Positions 18,542 through 28,303 of a stretch of 64,000 nt of DNA are shown piece by piece (position 1 is the first letter of the stretch; each line of letters begins with the position of its first letter). Made by a program: the position numbers and the translations under genes. A model generated the notes under the pieces. That model saw only the letters and a program-made list of their open reading frames with translations, searched no databases and was not told the DNA's origin. The stretch is taken from NCBI GenBank assembly GCA_045594025.1, contig JAZNXS010000030.1, positions 3,230 to 67,229 on the forward strand. Reading direction: 5' to 3'. The DNA comes from Candidatus Scatosoma sp. GTDB lineage: Bacteria > Bacillota > Clostridia > Christensenellales > Borkfalkiaceae.

Positions 18542-18781
18542 ATGATTAAGCCGACAAAAAATATCAAGGACGTTAAACAAATGGTAAGAAGCTGCTCGGC
18601 ACAACGCGTCGCCGTGCGATTGAATTTGGGCAGAAATAAAAGCGTTAGCTATTCGGGTGTTCTTTCAGGAATCTATCCCTCCTTGTTCACCGTCAAGCCT
18701 GATGACGAGGATTTTTTAGGTAAAACCGCCTATTCCTATTCCGACGTGCTGTGCGGTACGGTGAAAATTAAACGTATATAA
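18542..18781 (+). CDS. veg: Veg protein
   Basis: 79 aa. The segments GRNKSVSYSGVLSGIYPSLFTV...YSYSDVLCGTVKI align by eye with B. subtilis Veg ([20 protein letters not shown]...YSYADILT). Confidence 0.85.
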   Translation: MIKPTKNIKDVKQMVRSCSAQRVAVRLNLGRNKSVSYSGVLSGIYPSLFTVKPDDEDFLGKTAYSYSDVLCGTVKIKRI

Positions 18782-18788
18782 TAAGGAA

Positions 18789-18826
18789 GAGGGCGCAACC
18801 GCAAAAGCGGTTGCGCCCTCTTTTTA
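18789..18826 (+). terminator. Bidirectional rho-independent terminator (veg / uvrA convergent)
   Basis: 14-bp stem GAGGGCGCAACCGC / GCGGTTGCGCCCTC with loop AAAA, followed by TTTTT. Confidence 0.85.
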
Positions 18827-18857
18827 CTCATTTCAATACATACCTGGTATACTTATT

Positions 18858-21680
18858 TTAGTTTTGTAACACTTTTTTAAGGAACTGTCCTGTATAGCTT
18901 TCCTTGACGTTGGCTACCTCTTCCGGTGTCCCCTCGCAAACGATTGTACCGCCGCCGTTGCCGCCCTCGGGGCCTAAATCGATGATATAGTCCGCCGTTT
19001 TAATAACGTCTAAATTATGTTCGATAACGAGCACTGTATTTCCGCCCTCGCGCAGCTGTAACAAAATTTTAATCAGCTTGTCCACGTCATAGGTATGCAA
19101 ACCCGTCGTGGGTTCGTCTAAGATATAGCAGGTCTTACCCGTAGAACGTTTTGCAAGCTCGGTGGCAAGTTTTACACGTTGCGCCTCACCGCCGGAGAGC
19201 GTTGTGGAGCTCTGCCCCAGCTTGATATACCCCAACCCAACGTCGTTAAGCGTTTTAATTTTATTATATACGGTAGGCACGGGCGCAAAAAATTCACACG
19301 CTTCCTCCACCGTCATATCCAACACGTCGGAAATACTCTTTCCTTTGTATTTGACCTCCAGGGTTTCACGGTTATACCGTCTTCCGACACAAACCTCACA
19401 AGGCACGAAAATATCGGGCAGGAAGTGCATTTCAATCTTCAAAATACCGTCGCCAAAACAGTGTTCACAGCGACCGCCTGATACGTTGAACGAGAACCTG
19501 CCTGCCTTGTATCCTCTTTCTTTGGCGTCGGGCGTCATCGCAAACAGATCGCGAATGGCATTGAATACACCCGTATACGTAGCCGGATTACTTCTCGGCG
19601 TTCTGCCGATGGGCGATTGATCGATAGCGATGACTTTATCGAAATATTCCACGCCGTCCGCGCGATCGTATTTCCCCTGCGCGTGCTTTGCGCCGTTGTG
19701 CGTGTTGGCGAGCATGGGGTACACAATTTCGTTGACAAAGCTGGATTTACCGCTTCCCGAAACCCCCGTTACCGCCGTAATTAAACCGACGGGCACTTTC
19801 ACGTCGATATTTTTTAAATTATTCTGCTTACAACCGTATACCTGCAACCATTTATCCGTCGCCTTTTTGCGTACGGGCGGCGTTTCGATTTTTCTTCTGC
19901 CGGCAAGATAGTCCCCCGTGATTGAACGAGGCTCTGCCATGATTTGTTCCTGCGTGCCGCAAGCTACAATCTCCCCACCGTGCACACCTGCTTGCGGGCC
20001 GATGTCCACAATATAATCCGCCGCTTTCATGGTATCCTCGTCATGCTCGACAACGATCAAAGTATTGCCAAGATCGCGCAAGCCCTTTAAGGAATTGAGT
20101 AGCTTTTCATTATCCCTTTGGTGCAGACCGATACTCGGTTCGTCCAAAATATACAACACACCCGTAAGCGCGCTGCCGATCTGCGTAGCCAAACGAATAC
20201 GTTGGCTCTCACCACCCGACAACGTGACCGCCGTACGGGTAAGCGTCAAGTAATTGAGCCCCACATTGCGCAAGAAACCCAAACGGTTATTGATTTCCTT
20301 GATAATGGCGTCCGCAATCAAATGCTCGGTATGCGTCAGCTTGGTGGACAACTCGTCCATGAAATCACAGAGCTTATCCACGGACATTTCGCAGACGTCC
20401 CAAATATTTTTACCGCCTACGTGCACCGCAAGCGCTTCTTTTTTTAATCGTTTGCCTTGACAGCCGTCGCAGGGCGCGTTGCGCATCAAGCGCTCAATGT
20501 CGCTCTTTACGCCGTCTGAGGTCGTTGCCCCGTAACGACGCTGCAGATTGTTCACGTATCCTTCCCACGTCTTCTTAAAGCTACCCGAAAACGAACGGGT
20601 TTGGTAATGCATATCCACCGTTCTGTCGCTGCCGTACATCAGCACGTCATAAATTTCTTTCGGTAGATCCTGCACGGGAACGTCCAAAGAAAAGCCGTAG
20701 GCTTTGGCAAGCGCCGACATCTCCATCAGCGCCATAGAGCTAGAACCCAAGTTCCACCCCGTCACTTTCATCGCGCCCTCGCGCAACGTTTTCGTCTTAT
20801 CGGGACAAATCAGGTCAGGATCGACAAACTGCTTCATACCAAGCCCCGAACAGGTAGGACACGCGCCGTACACCGTATTGAATGAGAACATACGCGGCTC
20901 GATTTCCTCCAACGAAATACCGCAATCAGGACAAGCGTAGTTGACGGAATACAACTCTTCATTGCCCTCGCAGTCAATCACAACCAGTCCGTCTGCAAGC
21001 TTGAGCGCCGCCTCCAAACTATCCGTTAAACGCTTTTGCACGGTGGGCTTTACAATCAATCTATCCACAACCACCGAAATGTTATGCTTGATGTTTTTTT
21101 CCAGCTTGATTTCTTCCTGTAAATCATAGACGATTCCGTCAATTTTAACCCTGCCGTAACCGCTTTTCTTAAAGCCGCTGAGCTCCTTGACGTATTCCCC
21201 TTTTCTACCTCGAACCACGGGCGCGTTGATCAGAATTTTACTCCCCTCAGGCAACGTCATAACTCTGTCGCAAATCTCATCTACCGTCTGACGGCGAATC
21301 TCCCTGCCGCACTTCGGACAGTGCGGAACGCCGATTCTTGCAAACAGCAAACGGAAATAATCGTAAATCTCCGTTACCGTTCCCACCGTGGAACGGGGGT
21401 TACGCGAAGTCGTCTTTTGATCGATGGAAATCGCAGGGGAAAGCCCGTCTATGCTCTCCACGTCAGGCTTTTCCATCTGCCCCAAAAATTGACGGGCATA
21501 GGAAGAAAGACTTTCCACGTACCGTCTTTGTCCCTCGGCAAAAATGGTATCAAACGCCAGTGTGGATTTACCGCTTCCCGAAAGCCCGGTAAACACCGTC
21601 AGTTTGTTTCTGGGGATGGTCACGTCCACGTTTTTTAAGTTATTCTCTTTTGCGCCTCTTACTACTATATTTTCTTGCAT
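18858..21680 (-). CDS. uvrA: Excinuclease ABC subunit A
   Basis: 940 aa. Two ABC ATPase modules (GLSGSGKST, GVSGSGKSS) and zinc-finger CxxC pairs. Confidence 0.97.
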   Translation of the reverse strand: MQENIVVRGAKENNLKNVDVTIPRNKLTVFTGLSGSGKSTLAFDTIFAEGQRRYVESLSSYARQFLGQMEKPDVESIDGLSPAISIDQKTTSRNPRSTVGTVTEIYDYFRLLFARIGVPHCPKCGREIRRQTVDEICDRVMTLPEGSKILINAPVVRGRKGEYVKELSGFKKSGYGRVKIDGIVYDLQEEIKLEKNIKHNISVVVDRLIVKPTVQKRLTDSLEAALKLADGLVVIDCEGNEELYSVNYACPDCGISLEEIEPRMFSFNTVYGACPTCSGLGMKQFVDPDLICPDKTKTLREGAMKVTGWNLGSSSMALMEMSALAKAYGFSLDVPVQDLPKEIYDVLMYGSDRTVDMHYQTRSFSGSFKKTWEGYVNNLQRRYGATTSDGVKSDIERLMRNAPCDGCQGKRLKKEALAVHVGGKNIWDVCEMSVDKLCDFMDELSTKLTHTEHLIADAIIKEINNRLGFLRNVGLNYLTLTRTAVTLSGGESQRIRLATQIGSALTGVLYILDEPSIGLHQRDNEKLLNSLKGLRDLGNTLIVVEHDEDTMKAADYIVDIGPQAGVHGGEIVACGTQEQIMAEPRSITGDYLAGRRKIETPPVRKKATDKWLQVYGCKQNNLKNIDVKVPVGLITAVTGVSGSGKSSFVNEIVYPMLANTHNGAKHAQGKYDRADGVEYFDKVIAIDQSPIGRTPRSNPATYTGVFNAIRDLFAMTPDAKERGYKAGRFSFNVSGGRCEHCFGDGILKIEMHFLPDIFVPCEVCVGRRYNRETLEVKYKGKSISDVLDMTVEEACEFFAPVPTVYNKIKTLNDVGLGYIKLGQSSTTLSGGEAQRVKLATELAKRSTGKTCYILDEPTTGLHTYDVDKLIKILLQLREGGNTVLVIEHNLDVIKTADYIIDLGPEGGNGGGTIVCEGTPEEVANVKESYTGQFLKKVLQN

Positions 21681-21717
21681 AATTTACACCTTCATCTCGT
21701 ACACGGTACACCCTTTC

Positions 21718-23679
21718 TCATTTCTGCGCTTTTCTAAGCTTCATTTTGAGCTCAGCAATCTTTTCCCGAATTTCAATGGCGCGTTCAAAGTCAAGCTGAC
21801 CGCTTGCCACCTTCATGAGCGCCTTCAATTTCTCAATCTCGTCGGGAATATCTTGCATCTTGATATCGTCGTCCGTCTTTTTCTTGGTGATATTCAAGGT
21901 GGATTTCACTTCCTTGATAATCGTTTTGGGTACAATGCCGTGCGCCTTGTTATATTCGTCCTGCACCTTGCGGCGACGGTTGGTTTCGCCTATGGCGCGT
22001 TTCATGCTGTCCGTGATCGTATCCGCATACATGACCACTCGCCCTTCACTGTTACGTGCCGCACGCCCGATCGTTTGGATCAGCGCCGTATCGCTACGCA
22101 AAAAGCCTTCCTTATCCGCGTCCAAAATCGCCACGAGTTTTACTTCAGGTAAGTCCAACCCTTCGCGAAGCAGGTTGATTCCGCAAAGTACGTCAAATTC
22201 CCCCAAACGAAGCCCGTTGACAATGTCAATTCGCTCCAACGTATCCACGTCGCTGTGCATGTATTTCACCTTGATAGAATGTTCCTTTAAATAGTCGGTG
22301 AGCTCCTCTGCCATACGCTTGGTAAGCGTGGTGATCAAAACCCTGCCCCCCTCGTTTATCACAGTATGGATCTCGGATAAGAGGTCATCGATCTGTCCTT
22401 TCGTGGGTTTTACCGTGATTTCAGGATCCAGTAAGCCCGTGGGACGAATGAGCTGTTCCACCTTTTGCCCTGCTTGCTCCAGCTCGTACGGCGCAGGGGT
22501 TGCAGATACGCATACCATCTGTGGCACTCTAGCGTCAAACTCCGAAAAGGTAAGCGGTCGGTTATCGTACGCGGAATTCATTCTAAACCCATACTCTACC
22601 AAATTCTTTTTTCTCGAAAGGTCGCCGTGATACATGGCGCGAATCTGCGGAATCGTCATGTGGCTTTCGTCAATGAATACAAGAAAGTTCCCCGACGGAA
22701 AATAATCCAACAAGGTAAACGAGGGCTCGCCCGGTTGTCTGCCGTCGAAATAGCGGCTGTAATTTTCAATACCGCTGCAATAGCCTATCTCACGCATCAT
22801 CTCTAAATCGTGCTCCGTACGCTGCTTTAAACGCTGTGCTTCGAGGATCTTTCCACTCTCCTCAAACGCGCGTACTTCACCGCGAAGATCCTCTTCAATC
22901 ATCGCCAGCGCGCCCTTTAATTTCTCCGTGCCCACCGCATACTGGCTAGCAGGGAAAATCGCCACGTGAGAAAGCTCGTTTAAGCGGTTGCCCGTCAACG
23001 CTTCCACCTCGTAAATCTTCTCGATCTCGTCGCCGAAAAACTCCACGCGAATCGCCACTTCCGAGTTGGAAGCAGGGAAAATCTCCAAGGAATCCCCACG
23101 CACACGGAAGGTAGAACGCTTGAAATCGGTGTCGTTTCTCGCATATTGTAATTCAATTAACTTGCGCATGAGCGCGTTCCTCTCCCATTCCATACCCGGA
23201 CGAAGAGAAAGCGAAAGGCGGAAATATTCCTCCGGCGCGCCCAGACCGTATATACAGGACACGGACGCGACAACCAAAACGTCCTCGCGCTCCATTAGCG
23301 AGCCCGTTGCGCTGTTACGCAGCTTGTCGATTTCGTCGTTCATGCTCAGGTCTTTTTCAATATAGGTATCGGTGGAGGGAATGTAGCTTTCCGGCTGATA
23401 GTAATCGTAGTAGGATACGAAATATTCTACTCGGTTTTCGGGGAAAAACTCCCGAAACTCATTACAAAGCTGCGCCGCCAACGTCTTGTTGTGCGCGATG
23501 ACGAGGGTAGGCCTATTGACGTTTTTGATGACGTTTGCCATCGTAAACGTTTTACCGCTACCCGTAACCCCGACAAGCACCTGCGTGCGAATGCCGTCCA
23601 GTATCCCTTCCGTCAGCTTTTCAATCGCCTGCGGCTGATCGCCGGTAGGCGCAAACGGCGCATGCAATTTGAAATCCAT
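21718..23679 (-). CDS. uvrB: Excinuclease ABC subunit B
   Basis: Helicase motif [10 protein letters not shown] and a C-terminal UVR domain. Start set to ATG 23679 (MDFKLHAPF) with an SD GGAGG 8 nt upstream. Confidence 0.95.
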   Translation of the reverse strand: MDFKLHAPFAPTGDQPQAIEKLTEGILDGIRTQVLVGVTGSGKTFTMANVIKNVNRPTLVIAHNKTLAAQLCNEFREFFPENRVEYFVSYYDYYQPESYIPSTDTYIEKDLSMNDEIDKLRNSATGSLMEREDVLVVASVSCIYGLGAPEEYFRLSLSLRPGMEWERNALMRKLIELQYARNDTDFKRSTFRVRGDSLEIFPASNSEVAIRVEFFGDEIEKIYEVEALTGNRLNELSHVAIFPASQYAVGTEKLKGALAMIEEDLRGEVRAFEESGKILEAQRLKQRTEHDLEMMREIGYCSGIENYSRYFDGRQPGEPSFTLLDYFPSGNFLVFIDESHMTIPQIRAMYHGDLSRKKNLVEYGFRMNSAYDNRPLTFSEFDARVPQMVCVSATPAPYELEQAGQKVEQLIRPTGLLDPEITVKPTKGQIDDLLSEIHTVINEGGRVLITTLTKRMAEELTDYLKEHSIKVKYMHSDVDTLERIDIVNGLRLGEFDVLCGINLLREGLDLPEVKLVAILDADKEGFLRSDTALIQTIGRAARNSEGRVVMYADTITDSMKRAIGETNRRRKVQDEYNKAHGIVPKTIIKEVKSTLNITKKKTDDDIKMQDIPDEIEKLKALMKVASGQLDFERAIEIREKIAELKMKLRKAQK

Positions 23680-23693
23680 ATCACGATCCTCCA

Positions 23694-23717
23694 CAAACGA
23701 ATGTTTGCTTTATTATA
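23694..23717 (-). promoter_or_regulatory. Extended -10 (TGgTATAAT) plus a LexA/Cheo-like palindrome upstream of uvrB
   Basis: CAAACGAATGTTTG (23694-23707) is a perfect 5-4-5 palindrome with one mismatch to CGAACRNRYGTTYG. TATAAT lies on the minus strand at 23712-23717 with an upstream TG. Confidence 0.4.
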
Positions 23718-23759
23718 CCACACAATCCGTCAAAAGTAAACAAAATAAACGGATATTTT

Positions 23760-24128
23760 TTAAAATATCCGTTTCAGCACCAAACCGACGAGGAATGCCA
23801 CAATCGCCGACGCAACCGCCCAGAATAGCTTTACCGCCCCATCACGCTTTTGTTGCAAGGAGTAACGCTTATACGCATATCCGTTTGCACGCAGGGAAAT
23901 GACGTACATTTTTTCCCCTTTCCGTTCGGAAGAAAGCAACTCGAAATAATTATCTAAGGCAAGCTCGCTCAAAATCGCTTCCAGCTGCGTTTCCGTGTAT
24001 TTTTTTCGGTTAGGAAGCATGGATAAGAGTTCGGATGGAGAAATTAAACAGATGCCCTTTTCATGACAAACCGAATAGACAACGTTCATCACCTCGTTTT
24101 CTCGTCGATTTAGCATATCACCCTCCAT
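23760..24128 (-). CDS. Hypothetical small protein with a winged-helix-like N-terminus and a C-terminal TM helix
   Basis: 122-aa ORF. An alternative start at 24116 (MLNRREN) follows an SD GGAGGG. The C-terminal hydrophobic segment is LFWAVASAIVAFLVGLVL. The BlaI/CopY-like resemblance is weak. Confidence 0.45.
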   Translation of the reverse strand: MEGDMLNRRENEVMNVVYSVCHEKGICLISPSELLSMLPNRKKYTETQLEAILSELALDNYFELLSSERKGEKMYVISLRANGYAYKRYSLQQKRDGAVKLFWAVASAIVAFLVGLVLKRIF

Positions 24129-24389
24129 TTCATTGTATACCTGCCCCTATGATTTATTTTTAATCTCGTACCTGCCCACCGCATTTCTTTGTGTTAGTAT
24201 ACGCCTTTTTCGTCCATTTCATGCGCAAAAGACGAACGCCTGCCGCGAAAAAAGGCGTTTCTTGTGTGAAATTTTCGTTTTTTTGCTACTTTTTTTCTCT
24301 CTTCACTTCCCTTTTTTATTTTTTTATGATATAATATGCGTATGGGCGTATCCGTTACGTCTGTAAACGCGAGTATAAAGGAGGCTTTT

Positions 24390-25229
24390 ATGCCTGCAAT
24401 TTACGCACATCTACGCTTTGGAGAAGAAGTAGCCAAAACACTGCCCATTCCCTTTGCAGATTGCATTGAAAAATATCCCGAACCGTTCGCTTTGGGTACA
24501 CAGGGCCCGGATATTCTGTTTTATCATCATCCTATGAAGAAAAACGAAATCCGCAAGCGCGGCACGTTTTTACACACGCTTTCGGGAAATGCATTCTTCT
24601 TAGAACAAGCAAAAAAGCTTGAGGCAGGGGAAACCGTAGCGGAAGTTTTGAAAAACAACGGCGCATTCGCTGCCTACCTTTGCGGATTTTTATGCCACTT
24701 CACCTTGGACGTAAGCTGTCATCCGTATATTGACGGACATTCTAACGAGGCGGTTTCCCACGGTAAAATCGAATCGGAATTCGATAAACATATATTGAGA
24801 CTAGACGGAAAGCCCATCCGAGGGTATAACACAGCAACGCCGATTTTAGATCAAAACGGAACAAAGGAGGCGGTTTCCAAAACCTTGGACGTCCCTGCGG
24901 AAAACATTGCCGTCAGTATTAAGACGATGCGCCAAATCAACGGTTGGTTTTCCAAAAAATGCGAGCCCTTCCATTGGATCGCGCACGTGTTTTTAAAGAT
25001 CGCGGGTATGGAGAGAAAATTTGGGGATATGTTCCTGCATAAAAAGGACGATCCTCTTTGCGAAGAACCCAACCGCGATTTGACGGAAAAATTCTATGCG
25101 GCAATCCCTAAAGCGGCTGCTCTTATTGAAGAATTTTTTAATAACGCACAGGCGCTTATCCAAAACGGTGAGCTTGAAAACGAACTCTTCCGCTATAACT
25201 TTAGCGGTATATTAACAACGGAGGACTAA
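24390..25229 (+). CDS. Zinc-dependent phospholipase C-like family protein
   Basis: Start at ATG 24390 with an SD AAGGAGG. The N-terminal AHLRFGEEV...GTQGPDILFYHH histidine-rich pattern resembles the Zn-PLC-like family. Family call is tentative. Confidence 0.5.
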   Translation: MPAIYAHLRFGEEVAKTLPIPFADCIEKYPEPFALGTQGPDILFYHHPMKKNEIRKRGTFLHTLSGNAFFLEQAKKLEAGETVAEVLKNNGAFAAYLCGFLCHFTLDVSCHPYIDGHSNEAVSHGKIESEFDKHILRLDGKPIRGYNTATPILDQNGTKEAVSKTLDVPAENIAVSIKTMRQINGWFSKKCEPFHWIAHVFLKIAGMERKFGDMFLHKKDDPLCEEPNRDLTEKFYAAIPKAAALIEEFFNNAQALIQNGELENELFRYNFSGILTTED

Positions 25230-25234
25230 TACTT

Positions 25235-26611
25235 ATGCAGGAAAACAACACCCCCATGCAGACGGTAAAAAAATCCGCTTTTACAAAGCATGAAAAGAAC
25301 TGGATTTTGTACGACGTAGCCAACTCGGCTTATACGTTGCTCGCTACCGCACTGCTTGCCTTTTACTTTGATTTCCTTTCCCCTTCCGAAAGCCTTACAA
25401 CGGTTTGGGGCTCGGTAAACGTAATCGTAACGGTAATTGCCGTTATCCTTTGCCCCATTATGGGTACTTACGCCGATTTTAGCCAAAAGAAAAAAATCTT
25501 TATGATTTTTGCAGGCGTCGGTATAGGCGGTTGTTTATTGCTGTCTATCTTTAGCGCTTTCAAAGGCTTTGCTATCGCAGGCGTACTGTTCATGATCATT
25601 TACGTCATCACCGAAGTGGGTTATACTTCCGCAAACGTATTCTACGATTCAATGCTGTCCGATATTACCACGGACGAAAAGATGCACAAGGTCTCCGCAA
25701 ACGGTTACGCTTGGGGCTATATCGGTAGCTGTATTCCTTTCATCGTTTGCTTGGTACTGTACGTGCTTGGCGATATGGTTTTGGTTACGAAAGACGCCGC
25801 TGGGGTAGTTGTTGATAAACCTTATCTTGGTGTTGCTTATACGCTTTGCTGTGTGATTACGGCAGCTTGGTGGTTCATCTTCACAATGCCCCTTTATAAG
25901 AGCTACAAGCAGGTGCATTTCCTGCCTCGCCCCGAACATCCCGTGAAAGAAACGTTCGTACGTTTGGGCTCCATCTTCAAAGAACTTGCAAAGAATAAGA
26001 AAGCGTTGTTCTTCCTGATTGCATACTTCTTCTATATCGACGGCGTACATACCATTATTAAGATGGCAATGAGTATCGGTAAGGACTTGAACTTCCCCAA
26101 CTTCGGCGTAGTAAAACTCGTTATCGCATTATTCGTTACGCAGATCGTAGCCTTCCCGTTTGCTATTCTATTTGGTAAGTTGGCTTCTAAATTCAAATCT
26201 AACTTCCTCCTGATTGCATGCATCGGCGCATACATGGCTATCGGTCTCCTCGCCGTGTTCCTTCGTCAGGAATGGCAATTCTGGGCGATGGCTGTCGGCG
26301 TTGGTATGTTCCAGGGCGGTATTCAGGCAATGTCCCGTTCCTACTTCACGAAGATTATTCCCGCAGAAAGAACAGGTGAATTCTTCGGTATTTACGATAT
26401 CTTCGGCAAGAGCGCCGCTATCGTGGGCGTGGGCTTGATCTCCTTGCTCAGCGGTATCTTCCCCTTGGCAGAAGGCACGTGGATCAATATTTCCTTGATT
26501 CCCCTTCCCATTCTGTTTGCGCTTGGTTTGGTATTCTTCATTATCTCTATGAAAATCCCTGCAGATAAGGATAGCAAGCTTGCAAAAGAAGAGGAAAGCT
26601 TTGAAAACTAA
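25235..26611 (+). CDS. MFS transporter (UMF1/Atg22-like)
   Basis: 458 aa with about 12 predicted TM helices. It lies 6 nt after the upstream gene. Confidence 0.7.
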   Translation: MQENNTPMQTVKKSAFTKHEKNWILYDVANSAYTLLATALLAFYFDFLSPSESLTTVWGSVNVIVTVIAVILCPIMGTYADFSQKKKIFMIFAGVGIGGCLLLSIFSAFKGFAIAGVLFMIIYVITEVGYTSANVFYDSMLSDITTDEKMHKVSANGYAWGYIGSCIPFIVCLVLYVLGDMVLVTKDAAGVVVDKPYLGVAYTLCCVITAAWWFIFTMPLYKSYKQVHFLPRPEHPVKETFVRLGSIFKELAKNKKALFFLIAYFFYIDGVHTIIKMAMSIGKDLNFPNFGVVKLVIALFVTQIVAFPFAILFGKLASKFKSNFLLIACIGAYMAIGLLAVFLRQEWQFWAMAVGVGMFQGGIQAMSRSYFTKIIPAERTGEFFGIYDIFGKSAAIVGVGLISLLSGIFPLAEGTWINISLIPLPILFALGLVFFIISMKIPADKDSKLAKEEESFEN

Positions 26612-26626
26612 ATCCGTATAAAAGAA

Positions 26627-26660
26627 AAACACTCGGCGGTTGCCGAGTGTTTTTTTGTTT
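26627..26660 (+). terminator. Bidirectional rho-independent terminator (MFS / ridA convergent)
   Basis: AAACACTCGGC ggtt GCCGAGTGTTT followed by a T-run. Confidence 0.85.
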
Positions 26661-26666
26661 CAAGGA

Positions 26667-27047
26667 TTAGTGCGTTGCGATGACTTCCACTTCCACAAGT
26701 ACGTTTTTAGGAAGCTGTTTAACAGCCACACAACTTCTTGCAGGGTTGGTGGTGAAATATTTTGCATATACAGCATTGAAAGCCGCAAAATCGTCCATGT
26801 TCGCAAGATAGCACGTCGTTTTGATCACTTTTTCAAAGCTGCTTCCCGAAGCCTTTAATACTGCGCCGATGTTTTGCATAACCTGTTCCGCTTGCGCTTC
26901 AATCGTCGTCGCCTCTACATTTCCGCTTTCGGGATTGATGGGAATTTGCCCCGAGGTGAATACCATGTCCACGTATACCATCGCTTGGGAGTAAGGGCCG
27001 ATTGCAGCAGGCGCATCGGGGGTAGATACTTTCTTTAATTTTGCCAT
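26667..27047 (-). CDS. ridA: RidA-family reactive enamine/imine deaminase
   Basis: 126 aa with YjgF/RidA-like sequence (APAAIGPYSQA...GQIPI...TTCYLANMDDFAAFNAVY...PARSCVAV). Confidence 0.85.
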   Translation of the reverse strand: MAKLKKVSTPDAPAAIGPYSQAMVYVDMVFTSGQIPINPESGNVEATTIEAQAEQVMQNIGAVLKASGSSFEKVIKTTCYLANMDDFAAFNAVYAKYFTTNPARSCVAVKQLPKNVLVEVEVIATH

Positions 27048-27062
27048 AATGTTTATTCTCCT

Positions 27063-28256
27063 TTATAATAACTTGAAACCGTAATCGGTCAATGCTTTTC
27101 TAATTTGTTGGATATGTTCGTAGTTCCTCGTTTCCAAAACGATACGCAAATAACAGCCGTTTACATCCGAGCCTTCGTTGGCTCTTTCATGATGAACGGA
27201 AGTGACGTTGCCGCCGAGATCGGCAATAATCCTGGAAACGTTCTTTAACTGACCGGGTTTATCAATCAGCTCGATCATCAGCTGACAGCTTCTTCCCGAC
27301 ATTAAAAGACCACGTTTGATGACACGGGAAAGAATGGTTACGTCGATATTACCGCCCGATAGTATACACACCGCTTTCTTCCCTGCGATATCCACTTTCC
27401 CGAACATTGCCGCCGCTACCGCTACCGCGCCTGCGCCTTCCGTGACCAGCTTGTGCTGTTCCATCAGCGCCAAAATCGCCGCGGAAATCTCATCGTCGGA
27501 AACCGTTACGATCTCGTCTACGTACTTTGTACAAAGCTCGTACGTGAGTTCACCCGGTTGCTTCACCGCAATACCATCTGCAATCGTCGATACCGAACGC
27601 AGCGCCTCAATCTCTCCGTGTTCCAAGGCATTCTTCATAGACGGAGCGCCCGAAGCTTCCACGCCGTACACTTTTACGTGTGGATAGAGCGTCTTTATCG
27701 TATAAGCAATCCCTGAAATCAATCCACCGCCGCCAACGGGAACGATTACCGCGTCCAAATCGGGGAGCTGTTCTGCAAGCTCTAAGGCGATCGTACCCTG
27801 CCCTGCAATCACGTCCTCATCATTGAACGGATGCAGGAAAGTGTACCCCTGCTCATCACGTAAAGAAAGCGCTTTTTGATAAGCGTCGTCGTACACACCC
27901 TCCACAAGGCAGACCTCTGCGCCATAGCTTTTCGTTGCCTCTACTTTGGAAATGGGCGCGCCGTCAGGCAAACAAATGACTGCCTTGATACCGCTTTTTT
28001 GCGCCGCAAGCGCTACGCCTTGCGCGTGATTTCCTGCCGAGCACGCCACCACGCCTTTTTCCTTTTCCGCCGCGGAAAGCCGCGACATTTTATAATACGC
28101 GCCACGCACCTTGAACGAACCCGTAATCTGTAAATTCTCCGTCTTTAAATACAGCTGCGCATTCTCACAAAGTTTGGGCGCATAGATTACGTCCGTTTTT
28201 CGAATGACGTTTTTTAAGGCTTGACTTGCCCTATATACGTTGTCAATCGTAAGCAT
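27063..28256 (-). CDS. ilvA: Threonine ammonia-lyase (threonine dehydratase)
   Basis: PLP lysine motif SFKVRGA, glycine loop GGGGLISG, and a single C-terminal ACT-like domain. Confidence 0.9.
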   Translation of the reverse strand: MLTIDNVYRASQALKNVIRKTDVIYAPKLCENAQLYLKTENLQITGSFKVRGAYYKMSRLSAAEKEKGVVACSAGNHAQGVALAAQKSGIKAVICLPDGAPISKVEATKSYGAEVCLVEGVYDDAYQKALSLRDEQGYTFLHPFNDEDVIAGQGTIALELAEQLPDLDAVIVPVGGGGLISGIAYTIKTLYPHVKVYGVEASGAPSMKNALEHGEIEALRSVSTIADGIAVKQPGELTYELCTKYVDEIVTVSDDEISAAILALMEQHKLVTEGAGAVAVAAAMFGKVDIAGKKAVCILSGGNIDVTILSRVIKRGLLMSGRSCQLMIELIDKPGQLKNVSRIIADLGGNVTSVHHERANEGSDVNGCYLRIVLETRNYEHIQQIRKALTDYGFKLL

Positions 28257-28303
28257 ATTTACCTCTTTATCACATACCTGGGTATATAATTTTTTATTTT
28301 TCC

